From Elusimicrobiota bacterium (GTDB lineage Bacteria; Elusimicrobiota; Elusimicrobia; UBA1565), in contig JBDRPD010000083.1 in the NCBI GenBank assembly GCA_043827405.1, positions 192,001 through 256,000 of the forward strand: 64,000 nucleotides of DNA, in the 5' to 3' direction. Every line of letters begins with the position of its first letter. Position 1 is the stretch's first letter. The position numbers were made by a program, and so were the translations under genes. The notes below the pieces were generated by a model. The model was not told the DNA's origin and made no database searches. It saw only the letters and a program-made list of their open reading frames with translations. This document shows, piece by piece, positions 58,079-64,000 of this stretch.

Positions 58079-58984
58079 GTGAAGACTCTAGCGGCTCTCG
58101 CCCTTCTGTGCCTCCTCGCCGGGAGAGCGGCGGCGGGCTACGAGGAAGGCTGGCCGATGCGAACCTCCATGCATTATAGCGTCCGGCATGAGGCCGCGCC
58201 GCCGGCGGGATTTACGGGAAAGATTGAGCGCATCCACCGCTCCCTGCGCAGGGAGTTTTGGTCCCTGAGCCGGTGGATGGACACCGAGAAGATCCATATC
58301 TACCTCTACCGCGATCTCAAGAGCTACCGTGCCGGATCATTCAGCCCGCCGTCCTGGTCCAACGGCCAGGCGCGCTATTCCTCGGCGCCCAATTCACCCA
58401 AGCAGCTGCTCATCCCGTCCGACGCCAGCGCCGACGTCATCGCCCATGAAACGGCGCATCTGCTTTTGGGCAGCTACTTCATGGAAACCAAGGCGGTGCC
58501 GCCCAACTGGCTCAACGAAGGTTTGGCCGTCATGATGGGCCGGGACGTGGAGAACCCGAAGAAAAAAGATTACCGCGGCCCGAAGCTGGCGTCGTATATT
58601 CCCCTGCGCCAGTTCTTTTCCACCAAGCCCGGGCGCGACGCGCATCAGGAGGGCGTCAATGCCTGGTATGGGCAGGCGGAATCTCTGGTGCGCTTCCTGA
58701 AGGCCACGCGGCCGCCCTTTAACTTCACCCGGCTATGCAAGCTGCTGCGCGAGGGAAGCTCCAGCGAGCGAGCCTTGTTTCAGGCCTATTCCTTTCGCAG
58801 CGTGGAGGAGATGCAGAAGGAGTGGCTGAAGTGGGCGGCGGAGGGCAGGGAAAAGCGGGTGCGTATTGAGTCCAGGCCGGAGCCGTCCAAGGCGCAGCCG
58901 CCCTCCGCGCGCCCTTCTTCAGGTGAAGAAGATGGGGGAGTTAATATCAGAGACGGCGAGGGCGGCGTCCCGCTTTTGCGATAA
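58079..58984 (+). CDS. Secreted gluzincin (peptidase MA-like)
   Basis: AHETAH...PNWLNEGLA...YGQAESLVRFL. Confidence 0.8.
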   Translation: MKTLAALALLCLLAGRAAAGYEEGWPMRTSMHYSVRHEAAPPAGFTGKIERIHRSLRREFWSLSRWMDTEKIHIYLYRDLKSYRAGSFSPPSWSNGQARYSSAPNSPKQLLIPSDASADVIAHETAHLLLGSYFMETKAVPPNWLNEGLAVMMGRDVENPKKKDYRGPKLASYIPLRQFFSTKPGRDAHQEGVNAWYGQAESLVRFLKATRPPFNFTRLCKLLREGSSSERALFQAYSFRSVEEMQKEWLKWAAEGREKRVRIESRPEPSKAQPPSARPSSGEEDGGVNIRDGEGGVPLLR

Positions 58985-58996
58985 TGGGACCTCTAT

Positions 58997-59650
58997 ATGA
59001 AAGGCAGTATTAAATTTGAGGAGATCTGGAGCTCGGGGCTCTCGGCCCTGGGGGCATTGCTCGCCGTGCCGGCGACCTTCTTCCTGCTGGTGCCGTCTCT
59101 GCAGGCGGGCAAGGCCTGGCATGTCGCGGGCTTTATGATCTACGGGATCGGTCTATTCGTTATGTTTACGGCCAGCACCCTCTATCACGGCTATGAGGGT
59201 TCGGAGGCGGTAAAGCGCTTCCTGCACCGTCTCGACTACTGCGCGGTGGCGACGGCGATCTCCTCGGGCTTCACGCCCTTCTGCCTGATTCTGGAGCGTA
59301 CCTACTACGGCTATATGGTGCTGACTTTGATCTGGTTTTCGGCGCTGTCGGCGGTATACGTCAAGCTCACGCGGCCGCGCGCACCGAAATGGGTTTTCGT
59401 TCTCTTCTACCTGGGCATGGGCTGGGCGGGCCTGTTTTTGGTGCCGTCCCTGATCCGTCTGGGCTGGGGTCCGGTGCTGCTGATGTCGGGCGGGGGGCTG
59501 TCCTATTCGATCGGGGCGGTGTTCTTCAACTGGGGCTCGCATCCGACGCGGCGCTTTCGCTTCGGCAAGCATGAGATCTGGCATTTGTTCATCCTGGCCG
59601 GGGCGACGGCGCACTTTCTCGCCATCTTCCTCTACCTCCTGCCGTATTAG
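58997..59650 (+). CDS. Hemolysin III/PAQR family membrane protein
   Basis: STLYH, RLDY, YLGMGW, HEIWHLF. Confidence 0.9.
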   Translation: MKGSIKFEEIWSSGLSALGALLAVPATFFLLVPSLQAGKAWHVAGFMIYGIGLFVMFTASTLYHGYEGSEAVKRFLHRLDYCAVATAISSGFTPFCLILERTYYGYMVLTLIWFSALSAVYVKLTRPRAPKWVFVLFYLGMGWAGLFLVPSLIRLGWGPVLLMSGGGLSYSIGAVFFNWGSHPTRRFRFGKHEIWHLFILAGATAHFLAIFLYLLPY

Positions 59651-59666
59651 CCGGCGGGGACCCGGG

Positions 59667-60056
59667 CTACTGCTCGTCGTCCTGAGGAGCGGCTTGCGGC
59701 TTCTTTTTACCGCCCTTCTTGCGGGGCTTCTTCGCCGGCATCACCCGGATATGCACCGTCAGCGCGGCCGCGCCGACGTACTCGACGCGGGCCTTGTCGC
59801 CCGGCTTCACATCCGGCGGTCCGATCTTCTTGCGGTCGCCGCCTTTGGTGAACGCCGTTTCCTGCGTCAGCTTGAACTCCCGAGGGGCGCCCTTTCTCCC
59901 TTTGAGAACAAGCGTCCCGGCCTCGGCATCAATGCTTTGGATGCGGCCCGTAAAGCGCTTGGGTTTGTTCTTTGCCGCTCCGGCCGGCGCTGCCGCCAGC
60001 CAAAAAAGGACGCAGGCCGCGGCGCCGAATACGAGCGCGTATTTTCTATTGACCAT
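59667..60056 (-). CDS. Small secreted OB-fold-like basic protein
   Basis: Signal peptide; GRIQSID...TLVL...DVKPGDKARVEY. Confidence 0.7.
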   Translation of the reverse strand: MVNRKYALVFGAAACVLFWLAAAPAGAAKNKPKRFTGRIQSIDAEAGTLVLKGRKGAPREFKLTQETAFTKGGDRKKIGPPDVKPGDKARVEYVGAAALTVHIRVMPAKKPRKKGGKKKPQAAPQDDEQ

Positions 60057-60192
60057 GAATGATACCGTTCCTCGCGGGATCCCGCCCCATGGACGTCCGG
60101 AGCGGTCACTAGTATTACGCGGCGGCGCGGAAAAAGTTCCCACGCGGAACTTAACGGGCGGCCGTGCGTAGTCATTACGCCATGCCTCAGCC

Positions 60193-61520
60193 ATGAATAA
60201 ACCGCAGCCGGCCGACGGGGGGCGCTCACGAGCGCCAAGGGACTGGTAAAATCCAGCCTTCGCGCCTCCATCGTCGACGGACTGTTCTGGTCCGTCATGA
60301 CGGGGTTCGTCGAGGGCTATATCGTCCCGTTCGCTCTGCTGCTGCGGGCCGGCGGCATGGAGATCGGGCTGCTGCGCTCGCTGCCCGCCCTGGTCGGCGC
60401 GCTCACGCAGGTTCGCGCCGCCGATATCGTAAATTTCGTCGGCAGCCGGAAGGCCGTCGTCACCGCTTGCGCTTTGGTCCAAGTCGTCTGCCTGCTGCTG
60501 ATGGCGGGCTGCGTCTTCCTGGAGCGGGACGCGGCGCTGTGGACGTTTGTTTTACTGGTCGTTCTGTTCACCACGGCCGGCACGCTGTCCGGTCCGCCGT
60601 GGACCAGCATGATGGGAGAATATCTCCCGCCGTCCAAGCGGGGGGAATTCCTGGGGTGGCGCAGCCGGCTTGTCGGCATCTCCCTGACGGGCTTCAGTCT
60701 GCTCGGCGGCTTCATCCTGGCATTCAGCGGCGACGGGCGGGGGCGGGGCTTCGCCCTGCTCTTTCTCGCCGCGGCCGGAGCCCGCCTCGCCTCGTGGATG
60801 CAGCTGCGCCGGATGCATGAGCCGTCCCGTTCCGCGTCGCCGCAGGAGGGTTTTTCCTTCTACCGCTTCCTGCGCAAGACGCCGAGCAGCAACTTCGCTC
60901 GCTTCACTCTCACCTGCGCGCTGCTGATGTTCGGGACGCACCTTTCCAGCCCGTTCTTCGCCCCCTATATGATCGAACAGCTGGGCCTGGGCTACATAAA
61001 GTATACCGTGGTGATCTCGGCGGGCACGTTCGCGCTTTACACGTCGATGAGCCGCTGGGGGCGATGGGCCGACTATTTGGGGGGGATCAGCGTGGTGCGT
61101 TCAGGGATGGTGATGATCCCCCTCATTCCTCTGCTCTGGTGCGCGACGGCGAATCCGATATGGCTGGCGTTCTTCGAAGTGTTTTCCGGCTTCGCCTGGG
61201 CCGCCTACGGCATGGGGACCGGCACCTTCCTGTACGACGCCGTATCCCCGGAGAAGCGTACGCGCTGCGCCGCCTACTTCGCCGCGACTATCGGGCTGGC
61301 GCAATGCCTCGGCGCGGTGACCGGCGGCTGGCTCTACGAGAACCTTCCCGCCGTCGGCGGCAGCTCGTTCTATCCGCTGCTCGTGCTCTCGGCCGCGGGC
61401 CGGCTGGCGGCGGCGCTGGTCTTTATCTACAGCGTCAGCGAGGTGCGGCCGGTTCCGCGGCCGCGGCGGCGGCACCTGATGCTGGCGATCATCGGCTTCC
61501 GGCCGCTGTTCTACCGCTAG
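60193..61520 (+). CDS. MFS transporter; main ORF 60297-61520, probable true start 60193 separated by a frameshift
   Basis: About 11-12 TM; in-frame SLRASIVDGLFWS upstream of the first ATG; G6 tract at 60217-60222. Confidence 0.75.
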
Positions 61521-61559
61521 ACGCCGGCTCCCGCCGGGCGTGCAGCGTCGGCGATTTCT

Positions 61560-62000
61560 TCACGGAATCAGCTCTTTGATTTTCTCAACGACGTCTTTCT
61601 CGGCGATGATGCGCTTGGTGTTGGTGTCCTGCCAGTCGAGGACATAGGCGCGGCGCGGTCCGAGCTGGCTTTCCTTGAGGTTGAGGAAGAGGACGAACTC
61701 TTTGCCTTTTTCGAGGGTTAGGGGGCCGACTTCGAACTCGATTTCTTCCGGGAACTGGAATTTAATGATCTTCCCTATTTTCGCGCGTACTTGGCTGCGG
61801 GACTGCAGCCATTCGCCGTTTTCGCCGCGGCGGGGCTCGGCGATTTGGCGGTTGTGGGTGATCTCGCCGGTGGCGATGAAGGCGGCGTTGTGTATCATGT
61901 GGGCCAGGGGAACGGTGGGTTTGGCGGCGGCGGCGCGGCCGGCGATGAAGGCGGCGCTCATAAGGGCGATTATGAATATGAGGTGTTTGGGCTTGGTCAT
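61560..62000 (-). CDS. Secreted hypothetical protein
   Basis: Signal peptide; KGKEFVLFL TIMP/OB-like pattern. Confidence 0.65.
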   Translation of the reverse strand: MTKPKHLIFIIALMSAAFIAGRAAAAKPTVPLAHMIHNAAFIATGEITHNRQIAEPRRGENGEWLQSRSQVRAKIGKIIKFQFPEEIEFEVGPLTLEKGKEFVLFLNLKESQLGPRRAYVLDWQDTNTKRIIAEKDVVEKIKELIP

Positions 62001-62114
62001 GGGGCCATGGTAGCTAATATGAGGAAGGACCCGAAATCTCTACCTAAGCGGCTTTCGCGGAGTTCTCCTAATTTGCTATTGAATGAAATCTAACGCCAAT
62101 AGGAGTGGCCAATA

Positions 62115-62777
62115 ATGTTCGGCGATAAGCTGGTTTGGGATAGTCATAGCACGCGATACGCGGAGAAGATCTTCCGTGAGATGCCGGAAGATCTGTTCCT
62201 GAAGAAAACCATAATTTCCGTCGGCGGCATTTCGGGAACAAGGAAGTCGGAAACGGCTTTTTGCCTGGCGGATTTGCTGATCAAGCGGGGCAAGGAAGCG
62301 CATATCATCTCGAGCGACGATTACTACAAAACGCGCTGGAACGATAGAAGCGCGGTCAGGATAAAGACGAATCTCAAGGATGTGGGACCGGAGGAGCTCG
62401 ACTGGCAAAGACTTTTATGGACTTTTGAGACGTTTAAAAACCCCTTGTATCAGCAGATGCATTTTTTCCAGATGTCCAAGTACTCCACCGCCATCATCCA
62501 GGCGTTTATCGACAAGGCGCGCTGCGACATCCTGATCTTTGAAGGCCTCTATGCCTGCGATCCGAGAATAGACGCCGATCTGAAGGTGCATCTCGGCCCC
62601 TGCGATCCGCAGGAGACCTTCGACTTCAGGCAGCAGCGCGGCAAGGAAAATGAGGTCAGCGATCTCCGCAGGCAGATAGTGGAAAAGGAATGTGCCGCCG
62701 TGAAGCGGCTGAAAAAGCACGCGGATCTCGTCCTGCTCCCCGAGAAGCCGGAGAGCGGAGAGCCGCCGGCGGACTAA
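62115..62777 (+). CDS. Uridine-kinase-like P-loop protein with variant Walker A
   Basis: GGISGTRKSET, SSDDYY, ILIFEGLYA; AGGAG RBS. Confidence 0.72.
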   Translation: MFGDKLVWDSHSTRYAEKIFREMPEDLFLKKTIISVGGISGTRKSETAFCLADLLIKRGKEAHIISSDDYYKTRWNDRSAVRIKTNLKDVGPEELDWQRLLWTFETFKNPLYQQMHFFQMSKYSTAIIQAFIDKARCDILIFEGLYACDPRIDADLKVHLGPCDPQETFDFRQQRGKENEVSDLRRQIVEKECAAVKRLKKHADLVLLPEKPESGEPPAD

Positions 62778-62817
62778 ACGCAGGCACCGGACGAATTCGA
62801 ACCGGGGAGAGGATAAG

Positions 62818-63396
62818 ATGGCCGAAAGCATCAAAGGCACGCAAACGGAAAAAAACCTGCTGCTGGCGTTCGCGGGCGAATCGCAGGCGAGAAATAGATA
62901 CACCTATTTCGCTGGTGCCGCCAGAAAGGAAGGCCTGATGCAGATGGCCGATATATTCGAAGAAACGGCGAACCAGGAAAAAGAGCATGCCAAGAGATTC
63001 TTCACGTTTCTCGAAGGGGGCGACGTTGAAATAACGGGAGCATTCCCCGCCGGGAAAGTCGGGACAACACTGGAGAATTTGCGTGCCGCCGCCGCCGGCG
63101 AGGAGCACGAATGGACGGAAATGTATCCCGCCTTCGCCGAGGTCGCCAGGAAGGAGGGTTTTAGCCAGGTCGCGGCGGCATTTAAGACGATCGCGATCGC
63201 TGAAAAGCAGCACGGCAAGCGCTACCAAGAGCTCGCGGACAACCTCGCGGCGGGAAAAGTCTTCAAAAGAAACGGAAAGGTTGTTTGGCGATGCCGGAAT
63301 TGCGGCTATCTGCACGAGTCGGAAGAGGCGCCCAAGGCATGTCCCGCATGCCTGCACCCGCAAGCCTATTTCGAGCTGCTGGGCGAAAATTGGTGA
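62818..63396 (+). CDS. rbr: Rubrerythrin
   Basis: FAGESQARNRY, EKEHA, GEEHE, EKQH, CRNC/CPAC. Confidence 0.95.
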   Translation: MAESIKGTQTEKNLLLAFAGESQARNRYTYFAGAARKEGLMQMADIFEETANQEKEHAKRFFTFLEGGDVEITGAFPAGKVGTTLENLRAAAAGEEHEWTEMYPAFAEVARKEGFSQVAAAFKTIAIAEKQHGKRYQELADNLAAGKVFKRNGKVVWRCRNCGYLHESEEAPKACPACLHPQAYFELLGENW

Positions 63397-63484
63397 TCGC
63401 CGCCCGGGCGCGAATTACGGCGGTTGAATAGGCCCGGACGTGGTGTACAATGAGGGGGATGAGTTTCGCCGCCTGGAGCGCGCC

Positions 63485-64000
63485 ATGAAAAAACTGCTTT
63501 TTCTCTGCCTCGCGTCATCTCTCTTCCTTGGTGTGCCGAGCCCCGGTTCGGCAGTCACGAACGCCGTCCCCGATATCGGCGCGGGAAACGCGGTCGAACC
63601 GGAAGGATATGAGGAAAACGACCTAAGCCAAAGCCTGTTCTCGGCCTGCGGACCCATGGGCGTGCTCTGCCCCACCCGCCGCACCGGCACATTAAACGTT
63701 CTGCCGGAAGGCGCCCCCGCCATCAACGGCTTCAGCGATCTCGGACCGGCCGGCGTCAAGGGCGATATCGACGGCCCGATGTCGCGGGGCAACGGCGGCT
63801 ATCAGGTGCGCAAGAACGAGGACTATTTACTGTCGGTCGCGCTCAAGACCGGCTATATGGATTTCGTCTTCACCCTCAAGCGCGTCCGCGAGACCGGCGC
63901 CGATACGGTCAATATCGTCGGCCGGATGTGGAAGCAGGACAAGTGGATAGACGTCGACGGCACAAACGACGTCACCGTGGCCTACGATGTAAAAAAGGAC
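63485..64000 (+). CDS. Secreted hypothetical protein, truncated by the window end
   Basis: GGAG RBS, MKKLLFL signal peptide, open frame to the end of the window. Confidence 0.7.
   Translation, partial: MKKLLFLCLASSLFLGVPSPGSAVTNAVPDIGAGNAVEPEGYEENDLSQSLFSACGPMGVLCPTRRTGTLNVLPEGAPAINGFSDLGPAGVKGDIDGPMSRGNGGYQVRKNEDYLLSVALKTGYMDFVFTLKRVRETGADTVNIVGRMWKQDKWIDVDGTNDVTVAYDVKKD

Overview
High-GC bacterial chromosomal window with about 60 CDS and 2 tRNAs. I found no CRISPR array, integrase, transposase or prophage genes. The gene content (several caspase-domain lipoproteins, a CHASE2 kinase, secreted hypotheticals) suggests an environmental lineage such as Elusimicrobiota; this is inference only. 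Order: metal/oxidative-stress block (zupT, csoR-copA with a perfect operator, sodB); GT4-GH130 pair; SPFH, DUF1232 and LysR genes; tRNA-Asp and tRNA-Val, the latter preceded by a 109-bp tandem repeat carrying its 5' end; a secreted 8x12-aa repeat protein; a hyaluronan-synthase-like GT2; three caspase-family lipoproteins, one catalytically dead; a lexA-small ORF-PolY cassette behind a perfect 14-bp-arm palindrome; a CHASE2 kinase/PP2C/FHA module; a porCDAB-DPD-like-ssnA-ALDH catabolic cluster; a GPI-ethanolamine-phosphate-transferase-like gene facing a ceramide-glucosyltransferase-like gene; secreted metallopeptidases; an MFS gene with a probable frameshift; rubrerythrin. The strongest candidates for undescribed biology are the exported caspase/pseudocaspase cluster, the LexA cassette with a non-canonical operator, the tRNA-5'-end repeat leader, the repeat protein, a recurrent TRGGMC-N4-GKCCYR palindrome, and the PIG-like/GT21 pair. 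All calls come from motif recognition by eye; no database search was run.
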